From positions 53,940,001-54,004,000 of the forward strand of contig OZ024750.1 of assembly GCA_964016885.1 (NCBI GenBank): a stretch of DNA of 64,000 nt. Reading direction: 5' to 3'. The position numbers and the translations under genes were made by a program. The notes under the pieces were generated by a model that was not told the DNA's origin, made no database searches, and saw nothing but the letters and a program-made list of their open reading frames with translations. The stretch comes from Eledone cirrhosa. Its lineage: Eukaryota. Every line of letters begins with the position of its first letter. Positions within the stretch are counted from its first letter, which is position 1. This document shows, piece after piece, positions 24,527 through 39,678 of this stretch.

Positions 24527-25828
24527 TTAAAACACACATATACAATTGCATCCACTTTAATTTCATTTTTTTATAATATTATATAATCAAACCTCAGTTA
24601 TCCAAACCATAGTTATCTAAACAAGATCTTAAGGTGTTGTCATTATTTAATTCACCATGCTGTATATGATGATGACACCATGTGTAACCTGAACTACACA
24701 ATAATTACGGTGTTACTATTTTATCATATGTATACAATGCTTCAGAGTATATTTCAAGCAGTAAATTGGCATAGCCATTAGAGTGTCAGAATAAATGTAC
24801 TGGTATTTATGTCTGCTCACTGTACTCTGAGTTCAAATCTCTCCAAAGTTATCTATACCTTTCAACCTCAATAAACAAATGCTAGTCCTGGGGCAGTGGA
24901 TTGGTGAAGATTCAGACAAGATGTTTTGTTGTTCCTGATCTGGGTCTGTATGTTCTATGTTTAAATCCTGCCTCCTATACCAGAAATTGCAACTGTCTGC
25001 TAATATCAGTAATAGAAAGACCAATAGAAGCTCAGTTTCATGTTACATTCTACTCCTTTCATTTCATTTTTTTTTTCTGAATGCCTAAAGAGCATATGAA
25101 AAGTTGTTACATGAAAGAGGTTATTACTTAATGCTGGAGTTATGATCATATTTTTTGTTTACAATTATCAAAAATACCATGAGTTGATCAATCTGGGAGA
25201 TTGATTTCAGTCAGTGAGTCACTTTAAACAGTATTATTCAAGCCATTTTTCAAGGCAACATTTTATGGCTAGATTCCTTCCTGATGTCAACTGTTTTAGT
25301 CACTTGTTACAAGATGGAGGGATATGGTGTAACTATTCTGAAGCAGACACACACTGAAGTATTTGAAATTCTTTTGAAATCACTGGCATTTTTATTCAGT
25401 CTATAACCTTGTTCTGAGAATCTGTTTCAAGTAATTGGGGTTGTTGATGTTGCCACATCTGAAAAGAAGACCAATGCTATTCACAATTAAACAGAAAAGC
25501 GAAATTTGACAGCATCTAGATTGTGGTAAAAAGGCATTAAAGATTGTATGAGAATACACTTTATTGATAGAATAAAGTATGGGTAGCTGACTGTAAAAGC
25601 TGCTACACCAGTACACACACACATAAAAGAAAAGTCAACAAAGAAAAATAACACAGAAGAACAATACAACACAATGATGATATATGTCAGTTTAGTGCTT
25701 GATGTAGTAGGAAAGGAATTAATGTTTTGGCTGCTAGTCCTTCATTGGAAGATAGGATGAGAGAGAGAAGAAGAAATAAGAAGATAGGAGGAAAGCATGT
25801 ATTGTGTTAGCTATTTTGAAAGGTGTGT

Positions 25829-25909
25829 ATATATATACAATACATACACACACACACATATATATATACATACATACATACATATATATATATACATATA
25901 TATATATAT

Positions 25910-25973
<64 letters not shown>
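25829..25973. repeat. (TA)n/(CA)n microsatellite
   Basis: Directly visible. Confidence 0.95.
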
Positions 25974-25975
<2 letters not shown>

Positions 25976-26708
25976 ATCACTCAACAAGGATGAGCTGTTA
26001 TGTCCAGTAGTGCTAAGTTTAATATTCTGATCACAGACTTGGTAAGAGTGATGAAGAATGTGTCCCACATGTGCGATCCAACTGAAATGGAAAGACACAT
26101 CCAACACTTCATCAATCACATGCAGTTCTCTGGCTACAACCAAAGAGACTGAATCATGGTATACAAAGGGGCCATGGCAAAATAAAAGACCCTCATAGAG
26201 ATGGACATGAAAGGGATTTGTCCATTGTACAGGAGCAAATCATGGAATAGCATAGATAGGACTCGCCAAAAGATAGGGAAAGCCACTTCATGGTACATCA
26301 ACCAGAGATACCAGAGTGTCGTGTTCGTGGATGCTACCCTTGGAGGTGAACTAGCTAGCCAATTTAGAAAGGCCCTAAGAAAAACCTATTTAAATATTAA
26401 AATGGTAGAAAAGCCTGGAATTACCATAAAATCCCTGATCAGTAAAACATACCCCTTTAAGAAAACCCACTGTACAAGTAAGAAATGTGTTATATGTGGA
26501 ATAAATCCTCAAATAAATTGTAAAACTAGAAATGTAGTCTATAGTATACGATGTACAGAGGGTACTTGCAGAAACATGACAACAACATACATAGGAGAGA
26601 CAGCCCATAGCATATGGGAGGGAATAGACCAACACTGGTTTGAACTAAAAGGACAAAAAGACGGTTCAGTACTATAATGAACACGCCAGAATAAAACATG
26701 ATGGTAAT
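25974..26708 (+). mobile_element. Penelope-like element fragment (RT C-terminus plus GIY-YIG endonuclease, Neptune-like), abutting (TA)n and interrupted by RTE copy 3
   Basis: MQFSGY..GICPLYRSKSW..CVICG..CKTRNVVYSIRC..YIGET..QH (VVY/YIG motifs), with stops. Confidence 0.85.
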
Positions 26709-29700
26709 ATCATCATCATTTTCGTTTATCGTCCATCTTCTACGCTAGCATGGGTTAGACGGGAATTGTCCCACTTGAGGCAAGGTTGGTCGGGTGACCG
26801 TGTCTCGCTCGTATAGGACTGTCTGGCGGGTTCTCTATGGCTGGATGCCCTTCCTAATGTCAACCACATTTACAGTGTGGACTGGGAGCTTTTTACCATG
26901 TTACCTACACGGCCACATTATAGCGTGGACTGTGTGACACCTACACGACCACATTTATTTACGACTGGATGATGTGGTACCAACATAACTTTACAGAGAG
27001 AGGGTGGTGTTGGTGGGAGTGGAAGGATGGAGTAGGGGTAGTGGATTGGGGTGAATATTTGGTTTGAAGGAGCATACTGACTGTAGGTTAATTTTGCTCG
27101 TAGGGAAGGTGGGTCTTCTGTATACTGCGTGGCGCCAAAGATCTCGATCCGGTGATATTATCTTAGAGAGGTGCAAGTGTGCAAGGTTGGAATTTATCAT
27201 GTCTTCCCAGGTTTTTCTGGATCTACCTACTCTGTAACTTCCATCAATTTTGATCGCCCTGCACTTTTTTATACAGCTGTCGTCTTTCACGCACATCACG
27301 TGACCATACCAACGTAATCTACTCTTAAGTAAACAGCATCTGATCCCTCTTATTCCTAATTTCTCACTTAGTTCGTTTATGTTTTGCCATTCGTGTATTA
27401 TTACATATCCAACGGAGCATGCATGTTTCGTTCCTTTCCAGTCTGCGCAGATCCTCTGCACGTAATGCCCAGGTCTCACTGCCATGTAGCATTGCTGTTT
27501 GTATACAGGCATCATACAATCTGCCTTTCATTTTTAGAGAGAAACCTTTTTAAGGCCAACAGCGGTATAAGCTCTCTGAACTTTTTCCATCTCGTTCTAA
27601 CTCTGGCTACTGTACTTTCAGAACACCTTCCACCACTGCTGATTTTGTCACCCAAGTAACGGAAAGTGTCCACTATTTCTATAGAACCATCTGGGCAGTA
27701 GAATGAGCTAGTATCCTGTGGGCACTTGCTACTTATTGCACCTAAGCATCAGCCACATATAAAGTCTACGTTCTTAGATAGTTTACCTGTGATCCCACTA
27801 CATCTTTTTTGTACCCATAGTTTGCATTTGGGACAAAGAATGGAATTTCTGCTTACTCCTTTCCTACACACTGAGCATGGCCATTTCCCAGAGGCCACCT
27901 GTGCCCTATTTTCCTTTCTACAAACTAGAACTTTAGTCTTAGACAAGTTAACTTTAAGACCTTTTGATTCTAGGCTTCCATGTTTGGAATTTCTGCTCTA
28001 GTTCCACCATAGATTCAGCTATGGGAGTTAGATCATCTGCATATAGGAGCTCCCATGGGCAGCCGGTCTTGAACTCCTCTGTTATAGCCTGAAGGGCAAT
28101 AATAAACAGGAGGGGGCTAAGGACAGAGCCTTGATGATCACCTACTTTTACACTAAATTCTTCACTATATTCATTGTTAATTCTAACATTGCTGACTGTA
28201 TCTTTATACATGGCTTGCATAGCTCTCACAAGCCATTCATCTACTCCTAGTTTTCTAAGGGCCCACCAAATAATGGAGTGTGGGACTCTGTCAAAGGCTT
28301 TCTCCAAGTCAACAAAAGCTAAGTAGAGGTGTTTACTTTTAGCTAGGTACTTCTTCTGTAGTTGTCGTACAAGGAAAAGAGCATTTGTCGTACTTTTAAC
28401 TGACACAAACCCAAACTGCAGTTCATCTAGATCAATTCGATCTCTGATTAGTTGTTCTATAACTCTTCCTGAGACTTTCACGAGCTGGTCAACTAACTTA
28501 ATGCCTCTATAGTTTACCCTATCTTGAGCATCTCCTTTACCCTTGTAGCAGTTAACGATGGTGCTGCTATGCCTGTCCTTTGGTATGGCCCCATTCTGTA
28601 TTACTTGGTTTACTATCTGAGTGACCATAGTATGTCCCACCATTCCAGATGCTTTCAACATCTCAGCAACTATCTCCAAAGGCCCAGCTGCCTTGCTTGT
28701 CTTCATATCTTTGATTGCCTTACTTATTATACTACCTTTAACTTGCACCGCTGGTCCCTCTCGTAGTGACACTTCCAAACTACCTTCTTATCAGTATAAG
28801 TGAGGGCAAGTACACCATCATCATTACGGACATACTTCTCCTCGACAATATCACGGTTTTCCTTGACACATTGTCTTGCAATCCTGAACACCTCACGTTT
28901 TTGGTCCTCGCATTGTAGAACATGCTTGAACTTTCTTTCCTCTGCTTCTCTTCTTGCAAGGTACACTTGTCTCCTAGCTTCTCTCCTGGCCACTTGATAG
29001 TGTTCTCTACTTCCCCCATCCTGCCATACTTTCCAAGCCTGCATTTTGGCCTTGATTGTCTCCTCCACCTTACTGTACCACCACCAACTTACTCTCCTCC
29101 TGCCTATAGGTCTGTTGCCTTCAGCAGGTTAACTTTCAAGTATTCCCACTGTTCCTCTATATTGTACGTCTCTATTTGCTCTTCCTTACTGTCAAAAGCA
29201 TCAAGTAATATGCTTTTAAATTTGTTACTGGCTGTGGGGTCCTTCAACTTCCATATTCTTCTCCTCAAGTAGTCCTCCTCTGTCGTCGAGTATGTCTAGC
29301 CCTAACTATGAGGCTATGTTGGGAGGTGCATTCTTCAGGGGGGAGGGGTTAGTGTTTACAACAGACACTCTGTCATGTCTTCTAATAAGGATATAATCTA
29401 TCTGGCTGGCGTGTTCCCCTGATCTATAAGTGATTAAGTGATTGTCTCGTTTTTTGAAGTTTGTGTTACAGATAGTTAGGTTATTAGCATCACAGAATTC
29501 CAGGATTCTGAAGCCTTCCTCATTTCTAGTACCAAACCCATAACCTCCATGGATTCCGTCATAGCCGTCAGAATGTTGTCCAACATGACCATTTAGGTCA
29601 CCAGCAATAACTATGTAGTCACTGTCGGTTATTTGGGAGGTAGTGAGCATTAACGTCTCATAGAATCTGTCTTTTATAACGCTAGGCAGTCCAGATTGGG

Positions 29701-30360
29701 GTGCATAAGCGGATATTATTGTCACAGTAGTTCTATTTAGGACAAGTCTTATTTTGATTATTCTGTCGTTCACTCTATTTACGTCAATTACCTTATCTAC
29801 ACATTTTTCTGCTAACATAATTCCTACTCCACCCAGCCCATTTTCATTTCCCACCCAGAAAAGTTTATAGCATCGTTTTTTATCCACAATGAATCTAGCA
29901 GACCCACCCCTCCACCTAGTCTCTTGAACACAGCAAACATCAACTTCTTTACGTTCAAGCATCTCTACAACCTCGTTAGAGCGACCTTTTAAAGTGCCTA
30001 TATTCATGGTACCAACTCTGAAGTCTTGGATTTCTTTTGGTGGGTGGAATAAAATAATAGCTAAACATAGAAACGACTCAACAGGTACACAAATTAGGGG
30101 GGTGGGGGTGGCTACAGAAATAGAATTAGGAAAACCTAGGCTAAACAGAAAACATGAATGGAATAACAACAACCATACACAAACACACAATGGTGATCTA
30201 AGAGAAATATAAATAAATATACAACGATGCAATAACATCCACATATAAACACATACTAGTGAGCAAAGGTAGATTATAAACACATACAGACTCAGACACC
30301 AAAAATAAATTAATAAATAAAAAATGTTATAGGAACACAACGGAAGGAAACTAATCACCG
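26709..30360 (-). mobile_element. RTE-clade LINE copy 3, near full length (APE endonuclease plus RT), inactivated
   Basis: APE motifs GTMNIGTL, CVQETRW, SAYAPQ, GDLNGHVG, SQIDYIL. RT motifs FVDLEKAFD, QGSVLSP, LYADDL. Frameshifts and a (GAT)n tail. Confidence 0.96.
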
Positions 30361-31369
30361 AAGGTGTTACAGATATGTGTGATGAAAGAACTTTGAGAAA
30401 CTATATAGTTTTAACTATATAGTTAAAAAAAATATATAACAATAGTTGTATTTAGAAGTTTATTCTTATTCTTACATTATAGTTTAGATAGTGCTTCAGT
30501 GAAGCATATATTTGCTAAGCTTCATCAGAGAAGTATTAAGGTTCTATGGATTAGTTATTTTTGGTCGTTTTGGTGTCAACTTGTCAAAGGGGAGGCAAAC
30601 ACATCATCATAATTACTTAACTGGGAACAATTTGAAGGATCAATACAGTCAATAAATTGACTCTTTTAGTAATGGAGAAAAAAAGCAATGCTACCTCACT
30701 TTCAAAATTCGTCTGGAGCCAGAAGGATTGAATGTAGAAAGGAAAGCAAAATATATATAATGAGTGGAGAAGTGGCTGCAATCTGTGCACTATGAAGAAA
30801 CTAAAAATTCTATCGCTGCCATTTAAATCATCAACAAAAGAAAAGAAAACCTTCCTCCTTGTTTTGCACAAAAAACTATTACGAGCCTTTAAGCACAGCC
30901 CCACTCGAATTGAACCCCATATCCAACCGCACTAAACTCCACCATCCCCCTATTCAATACATCCAGCATAGCAACGTATGAGCCCAACATTACAATGTGA
31001 ATACTAAATGCAGTGCATCAGACAGATGGTGCTGGATGAGCCACATACCTGCCAGTGGCCAAACACAGCTTGTAGATATAACACAGTACTGTGTGAAATA
31101 CAATGTTTAAAACATACAACCTTTCAGGACCAGTATAACTGGACACAAGTCCCTATATTGTGACATATCTTTACCCTGCCCATTCTAGCACTAGTAAATA
31201 TTTCAAAACATTTAAACCCCCTAAGAAATACTGTGAGAGCAGGATTGCATATGATCCATGACTGCTAATCATAAGAGCTGAAGAGAGGACTGTCACTTAA
31301 TATGATCCAAAATATCTTAAATGGTACCTTGGCATTTATATAAAGAATTGTGTGTTGACATGACACTCT

Positions 31370-31408
<39 letters not shown>

Positions 31409-31669
31409 CTGACAAGGAAACAATAGCAGCAGCTATAAAAGGGACTGTAGAAGCACCCTCCCCCCCCCCCCCCCCAGGGCACCAAACATAACTGCTGATA
31501 CTGTAGTCCCTATTATTATTGCTGTATTATTAGACCCCTAATTGGTTTGGACAATGAGCATTCATTTGTTTGATCAATTGACTATTCAACTCATTAATTA
31601 ATAAGTGGCTGAGTATTCCACAAATATGTGTAATTAACAAGCCAGAAGTGTATTAGACAGGAAGGCTCT

Positions 31670-31970
31670 CCATCAGTTATGACGACAAGTATTCCTGTTG
31701 ATGCAATCAACAGAACAACCTGTTCATGAAATTAACTTGGAAGTGGCTGAGCATTCCACAAACACCTGTACCTTTAATATAGTTCTCAGGGAGATTCAGT
31801 GTGACACAGACTGTGACAAGGTTGTCTCTTCGAATTACAGGTACAACTCATTTTGCCAGCTGAGTGAGCAACATGAAATTAAGTGTCAAGGACGCACTGC
31901 CGGGTAGCAAACTCACGACCTTATGATCGTGAGTCGAATACCCTAACCACAAAGCCATGCACCTTCACTA
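31670..31970 (-). mobile_element. tRNA-derived SINE family B
   Basis: The minus strand begins GTGAAGGTGCATGGCTTTGTGGTTAGGG (A-box) ... GGTCGTGAGTTTG (B-box-like). Related copies lie at 10320, 23270, 35090, 36270 and 43370. Confidence 0.8.
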
Positions 31971-31998
31971 CATGATCAAAGGAAGATAATTTCAATTT

Positions 31999-32208
31999 TA
32001 TTATTATTATTATTACCACTTTAAATAGTTTGAAAAAAATTATTATTATTATTACCACTTTAAATAGTTTGAAAAAAATTATTATTATTATTACCACTTT
32101 AAATAGTTTGAAAAAAATAATTAGAAAATTGAAGTCTCATCTCACGTGAGGTTATTTGTTACTCTGGAAGGGTCTCATCTCACGTGAGGTTATTTGTTAC
32201 TCTGGAAG
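31999..32208. repeat. 39-bp x3 tandem repeat followed by a 38-bp x2 tandem repeat
   Basis: ACCAC at 32015/32054/32093. GTCTCATCTCACGTGAGG at 32134/32172. Confidence 0.9.
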
Positions 32209-32553
32209 ACATTCTGATTTTTTAAAATTATTTATTTACTCCTTCAGATGTGACTGAAAAATGAATGAAATTGCACACACATGAAAATATAGTCATCACA
32301 ATGCAGATAGCTATAATAATAGGTAAGGTACCCTTGGAGATGGAAAAAAGTAGACAGAAACATGTGCAGGGAATCATACCTCACATCATATACCAGGTGA
32401 ACACATTATACGAGAGGCTCTTTGGTGTAATTGTTAAGCAGATTCACTTGGCATATGAGAGATATTTGGCTTGATTCTACTCTTTTCTGTCTCTTTACCC
32501 GATTTATACAAACATTATTTGTGATCAACTATCATTATAGTTATCAGCATTGT

Positions 32554-32646
32554 AGGAAAACTGCCAATCCTAGGGCGGTCGATAAAATAAAGTACCAGTA
32601 ATACGCTGGGATAATTGCTGGCCTTGTGCCAGTAGAAGTAGAAACA
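32554..32646 (+). mobile_element. Truncated SINE family A with a 20-bp flanking direct repeat
   Basis: GTCGATAAAATAAAGTACCAGTAAT..CTTGTGCC body. ATTATAGTTATCAGCATTGT at 32534 and 32647. Confidence 0.8.
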
Positions 32647-32682
32647 ATTATAGTTATCAGCATTGTGACAACTATATTTTAA

Positions 32683-32713
<31 letters not shown>

Positions 32714-33079
32714 TTAATATTGGTCTAAATTCTAATTTAAGACAGCATACACTTCATTTCAGAAATATTCTGCACTTCTACCAAAATATCATATATCACC
32801 AACAATAATGTTTATATTTTTCTACTTTCAAGAAAATAACATATATTTTCACTATAATGCCTATATATTCTCCACTTCCACAAGTATATGTGTGTCTATA
32901 TATACACAAATATTTATATATATTACTCCTATAATGTTTACCTGTTGCTCTCACAAATATATATATATCTGTACAGGATTAACCAAAATTGTGTGAATGT
33001 GTATGGAAACAGACACATTGGGTGTATAAATGTGTCATATTTACTTGTGTATTTCTCCACAAATTGAAAAGAAAATAAT

Positions 33080-33257
33080 TGTTTCCACTTTAGGCACAAG
33101 GCCAGCAAATACCCAGTGCATTACTGGTACTTTATTTTATCGACCCCGTAAGGATGAAAGGCAAAGTCAACCTCGGCGGGACTTGAACTCAGATCGTAAA
33201 GGGACGTAACTATGCTGGAAAGCATGGCGTCCGACCCTCTACCGATACTGCCAATCC
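33080..33257 (-). mobile_element. tRNA-derived SINE family A, young copy
   Basis: Minus-strand A-box TGGCAGTATCGG and B-box GAGTTCAAGTCC. TSD GAAAATAAT (33071/33258). Near-identical to 41923-42098. Confidence 0.9.
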
Positions 33258-34344
33258 GAAAATAATGAACAGTCTTAATTGATTTACACTTCTTTCTGGT
33301 TATGCTGATATGTTTTTGTGCTCAACGTGTGTATTTACATATATATTCACAGAGTTTCATTTAAGCCTCTGCAATGTATACAGATATGTGTTTATAGTAT
33401 ATTTCAGCTGCTTAGTTCACAATTTAATATATACCACTTTAATGTTTATTATTTTGCAACAGTTTTTCATTTTCCAAAACAGAATTGATGTCAATAGTTT
33501 AGACAGTTAACTCTTTGAATTATAAACTAGCTTCTGTGTTGTGTGAGCGTGAGACGACATCTTCAACATCATTGACTAGTCCACGTTATCAGTGGACATG
33601 ATCGAGCATTACACCAACCGTGAGTGTCACTCAAACCTTTACAAATGTCAGGTTAAGTATCCACTCCACTCAGTACTGACATTGCCTTTTTTAACCCCAT
33701 TTTGCAGACTATCTTTTGGTTCCTTAAAACCATTCCTTGCTCTACTGGATCTATGGGTTACTTCTTCTACACCTTGCTTCCCTGCTTTTTTGCTTTTCTT
33801 ATATCAGACACTTTTTTCATTCTGTCAACTAAATATCAAAATATTCCAACCACTGGTTGCTTTCCAAAACTCTGCTCACATTATCTTATAATTAATGAGC
33901 TAAGCAAAACCCTGTAAAATGCTGCCTTTCATAATCAAGTTTCTTTGTAAAAATGGTTAAATTCCTGGAAATGAACTCTTTTGACTCCATACTTCTATCC
34001 TTTCAAGAGCATGTCTACCTTAATATTTATCGAACCATGGCATGAAAATTTGAAGAAAAAAATATACCAACTTTTCATTTTGAAAACCCCTGAACTGTTG
34101 ACAATTATGGCATGTGAGTTACTACATAAGATTCATTTTACTGAAAAGTTTAATGTCAAAATCTGTCAGTGTCATAAAAAACTTCTACAAAATTACATCT
34201 GTTACTCAGTTGCATAAGACTCAGTTGTATGCTTTTGGCAAGGGTTTTAAGTGTCCATGCAGTCATGAGCAGACACAGATACCGTCTTGCTCCTACTTCC
34301 TTTGATCAAGCAGAACATACAGGATTGACAGCTGAGAGAGGGCT

Positions 34345-34480
34345 GCATTAGCACTAGACTGGGACATTCTTTATTGACTCCAAAAGTATGAAAGGCAAAG
34401 TGGACTTCAGTGGGATTCGAACTCAGAACATAGAGACCTAGAAGAAATATCCAATACTCTAACAACTTGGCCTCAGCTGC
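34345..34480 (-). mobile_element. SINE family A, diverged
   Basis: ATGAAAGGCAAAGTGGAC..GGATTCGAACTCAGA. Confidence 0.65.
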
Positions 34481-35971
34481 CCTGTCAGTGTCCTGTACAC
34501 TGAACAAAATATTTAATACTGCTATAATTATTTTTACAAAATAATTGTGCATCTTATTAGGAATTGATCAACAAGATCTCAGACCCCATTCTTTGAATAA
34601 CGTGGAACTCGTCAAATCAGACCAAGGAAACAACGTTTCCATTCGTCTTTCCATTGCTGATACTATCTACTGATTGTAACTTCTGGCAGACTTATAATCT
34701 AAAAAAAATATGCTATATATTGTTATATACATGCATCAAGCCCTAAGTTCAAATCTCATTTTGTCTTTTGTCCTTTCAAGGGTTGATAAATAAAATACCT
34801 TAGTAATAAGAAAAATTGTTAGAACTTTGGACAAGAATGCCATGAGTAAAAATATTCTTTGACTGGTTTCAGTCATTTAATTACAACTACGCTGGGGCAC
34901 TGCCTTCATGTAAAAAGAAATGCCACTTTTGGTTTAACAGTGAAACACTAAACTGTCTTATAGACAATTTATGAAATTATGGCATAAGAACTGAAATGAA
35001 GGAAATGAAATTTAAAGCTTACAGCTATGAAGTTGCAGCTCATAGATTTCTAGAATGCTTTAATGATAAAGGCTCCAATCCCACCATGAAATGCTGTGTG
35101 AAACGAAATGTCTTGCTCAAGAACGCAACATGCCACCTGGTCCAGGAATCAAACCTTAACCACTAGGCCATCTTCACATAGCATAAGAATTGGAATAAAA
35201 AACACAACTGTTGATGAAGAAAACCAGTAAACAGTCTTGTAGACAATTTTTTAATTATGACATAACATTTGGAAGAAGTACTACAACTTATGGCTTAGAA
35301 AAGCAGTAAACTATATTACAGATAATTTATAGAATTATAGCATAAAATTATCATTTTACATCCATTTTCCATACTGGCAGTTGTTGGTCAAGTTATCACA
35401 TTCCAAGACTAGACATGTCAGAGAGACCTCATCTTATACATCCCATATTTAGCATGGCTTCTATGACTGGATCACCTTTACTAATGGAGAATTGTATTTT
35501 ATAAGAATTGAAAAAGAAAATATAATTTTTGGTTAAGAAAACCAATGGTAAAAGAATTGGAAGAGAAAATACAATTTTTGGTTAAGAAAACCACCAAACA
35601 GTCTTGCAGAAAATTCACTGTATGATATTCCATTTGTAAGAAGACTTTAGGGCTATGTCTGTGAAAACACAGCGGACACTATTTGCATAATGGCCAGGAG
35701 TAATTCTTAAAGTAAATAGATTTTCTCTGATTAATTATTTAATGTGCATTTAGCAAATGATAACGTAAACAGACGTCAACCATCTGAAATAAGAACATCA
35801 ACACAAAGTTTATTTAAATGATCTGCCAAAAATAGCAGGGAAGAATTTCGGTAGTTTATTTACAATGAATCTGAGTGTAAAAAACAACAAAAACAAATAG
35901 AAAATATGTAAAAGCTTCTTGAAACACTTCTGTTACATAAGACGTGATAGGATGTTATTGTTGTTATTATA

Positions 35972-36170
35972 GTGGATTGCAGTATCAGTAGAGCGTTGGA
36001 CAACTTTGCAGCATAGTTACAGCAGTTTACGTTCTGAGTTCAAATCCCACCAAGGTTAGCTTTGCCTTACGAGGTCGAGAAAATAAAGTACCAGTAATGC
36101 ACTGGGGTTGATTTAATCAACTTTCCCCCTCCCCAAAATTGTTGCCTAAATCAGAAACCATTATTATTAT
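35972..36170 (+). mobile_element. SINE family A with (TTA)n tail
   Basis: GGATTGCAGTATCAGTAGAG..CTGAGTTCAAATCC..AAATAAAGTACCAGTAATGCACTGG. Confidence 0.8.
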
Positions 36171-36269
36171 TGTTATTATAGGATGTTAATTTTGCAGAAT
36201 CTGTAGGATGCCATGGTTAATGCTAAATGACTCACAGTTTTAGGCCCTTTACCATCTTAGTGAAAGTGC

Positions 36270-36960
36270 CTACTAATGTTTAGGGTGTTGAGCTCACAAT
36301 TGGATAGTCATGGGTTCAATTCTAACAACAGGCAGTGTGTTGATCAAAAACTTCATTGCATGTTGCTCTAGTACCAATGGACTGGTGTCATGTCTATGAG
36401 GGGAACAGTACTCTGCTTCTCTTACATAAACCTGAGATAAGCTGCAGCTTGATAAACCTCTAGCCTCAAGAAAGACTGTTAAACTACCTGCAGGGTTTCA
36501 CTTTATTCTCGTGTTCAGAGGTTGATGAAATAAGTACCAGTCATATTATGAGCTACACTGAAACATCAATACACCATTCCTTTACAAATTTGGTGACTTG
36601 TGCTCAAGTTAGAAGACATAAGGATGAAAGGCAAAGTTTACCTCGTCTGAGTTCAAATCCCACCGAGGTAAACTTTGCTTTCATCCTTACAGGGTCGATA
36701 AAATAAAGTACCAGTAATGCACTGGGATAATTGCTGGTCTTGTGCCAAAAGTAGAAACAATTACTATGGCAGTAATGAATTGACAGGAATACTAGTAAGG
36801 TGCCTATAACTACTACTACTAAAACTATAGGGAGGACAATATGTTTGTCTCTTGCTTCTATGTTCTCGACTCAAATCCTGCCTAGATGGACTTTGTATAT
36901 AATCCTTCTGCAGGCCGTTAAAGATAAATGCCAGTAACATATTGGGATTGATTCAACTGG
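36270..36960 (+). mobile_element. Cluster of SINE fragments (families A and B)
   Basis: B-boxes GGGTTCAATTC (36311), GAGTTCAAATCC (36648) and GACTCAAATCC (~36868), plus repeated AAGTACCAGT motifs. Confidence 0.65.
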
Positions 36961-37319
36961 CTGTATAACCTGAACCAACAAAGGAAGTCTCTTGGATCAC
37001 GTCCTATCTTGAAGAAAGGAAAAACAGCAAAAATGCACATTTTACAATGTAGTCAATGATGAAGAAAAAGACTGGATAATCACGGAATCCATTTAACTGT
37101 AGGTCTGCTTAATGAGGATTGGGGCCAAGCAACAATATCCTATAATCGCTGGCATGTTTCAACAGAAAATATCCAGGTGTTATGTTTACTTCTTAAACCC
37201 TGCTTTTCTGACATCATAACCATGGCACTGCTCCAGCCACTCATGATGTTCTACCACACTTTCTCACGAGCCCCACCTCACTATATCCACACTTCACTTC
37301 ATACCGATTTTACAATCTT

Positions 37320-38767
<1,448 letters not shown>

Positions 38768-38963
38768 AAAAAGAAGTTGAAAATGCAATTGAAGTCTTTA
38801 AGAAGGTTTATTTATAATATCTTATAACTTTACCAGTTTCACAAATTTCATGATTTTCAAAAGTTAAGAAATGGAGCAATGTGTGGCTATGGTGACTTGT
38901 AAAGTTATAGGTTATTATAAATAAACCTTCTTAAAGACTCCAATTGCATTTTTAACTTTTTTT
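38768..38963. repeat. ~70-bp inverted repeat foldback abutting (TA)n, with a decayed hammerhead
   Basis: AAAATGCAATTGAAGTCTTTAAGAAGGTTTATTTATAAT..ATAACTTTAC and the reverse-complement arm GTAAAGTTAT..ATTATAAATAAACCTTCTTAAAGACTCCAATTGCATTTT. Confidence 0.85.
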
Positions 38964-39222
38964 TGCTATATTTTTACCTGTCTGGGATATATTAGAAATC
39001 CTTACATTTGAATATATGAATATATATATGTATATGTTGCTACATACATTTAGATACTGCTTATAAATCCACTATTACTGAAGACTTAAGTAAATCAGGT
39101 AAACCAATTTATAGCACATTGTTGGCAGTGAATAAATTACTGTGTTAGCAGGGTTGTATTTCAATATTATACTGTATTACATAATTAGTATATCAGTAGA
39201 TTTTAAGCAAATACTATACGTT

Positions 39223-39262
39223 GCTCTGATGATCGCCAAACAGCATGAAACAGACTGTTAGC
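39223..39262 (+). ncRNA. Degenerate minimal type I hammerhead
   Basis: GCU-CUGAUGA-ucgccaaacagcau-GAAA-CAGACUG-UU-AGC. The core is intact but stems I and II are weak. Confidence 0.5.
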
Positions 39263-39678
39263 TTCTCTCCCTTCTTTTGCCGAAAAGAAGTAAGTGACGT
39301 AGTCACTACTTTAAAAATGATAGCGCATTGTCTTCAAAATGTTTTTAATTAAACATATGGTATATTGCCAAATATACTATACATACATTCATGTATACAT
39401 TGCTATTTCAGAGCACCAATCCTAATATATATATATGGGTATTTATGTATATGTATATATATAGACATGTGAAAACACCTTAACTCTATCTGAACATTTC
39501 CCTGTTTCAAATATATACATATATATATATATAAACAATGAGTTATATGCTTTGTTGATGAGTATTCAACAGGGTTATGTTCATAACATATATGAAGCAC
39601 TCTACACATAAATTTTATCTGGAGTATTATAATATTAACAATAGTAATAAATGGAAAATATTACTATAGCATCATATT

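Noticed and set aside
30000-30358. Hydrophobic N-terminal extension of the RTE endonuclease ORF
   Set aside because: Probably read-through of a T/G-rich 5' UTR from an alternative start codon rather than a membrane domain.
30378-30426. TGATGA..GAAACTATATAGTT with a duplicated palindrome near the RTE 5' end
   Set aside because: Hammerhead-like, but lacks C3 and a stem I partner.
32249-32322. Strong acceptor (CCTTCAG) and donor (GTAAGG) pair
   Set aside because: Stops in all three frames. It could only be a non-coding exon, which cannot be supported without RNA data.
33483-33650. GC-richer island with splice-like sites (VDMIEHYTN..)
   Set aside because: No consistent open frame between credible splice sites and no recognisable domain.
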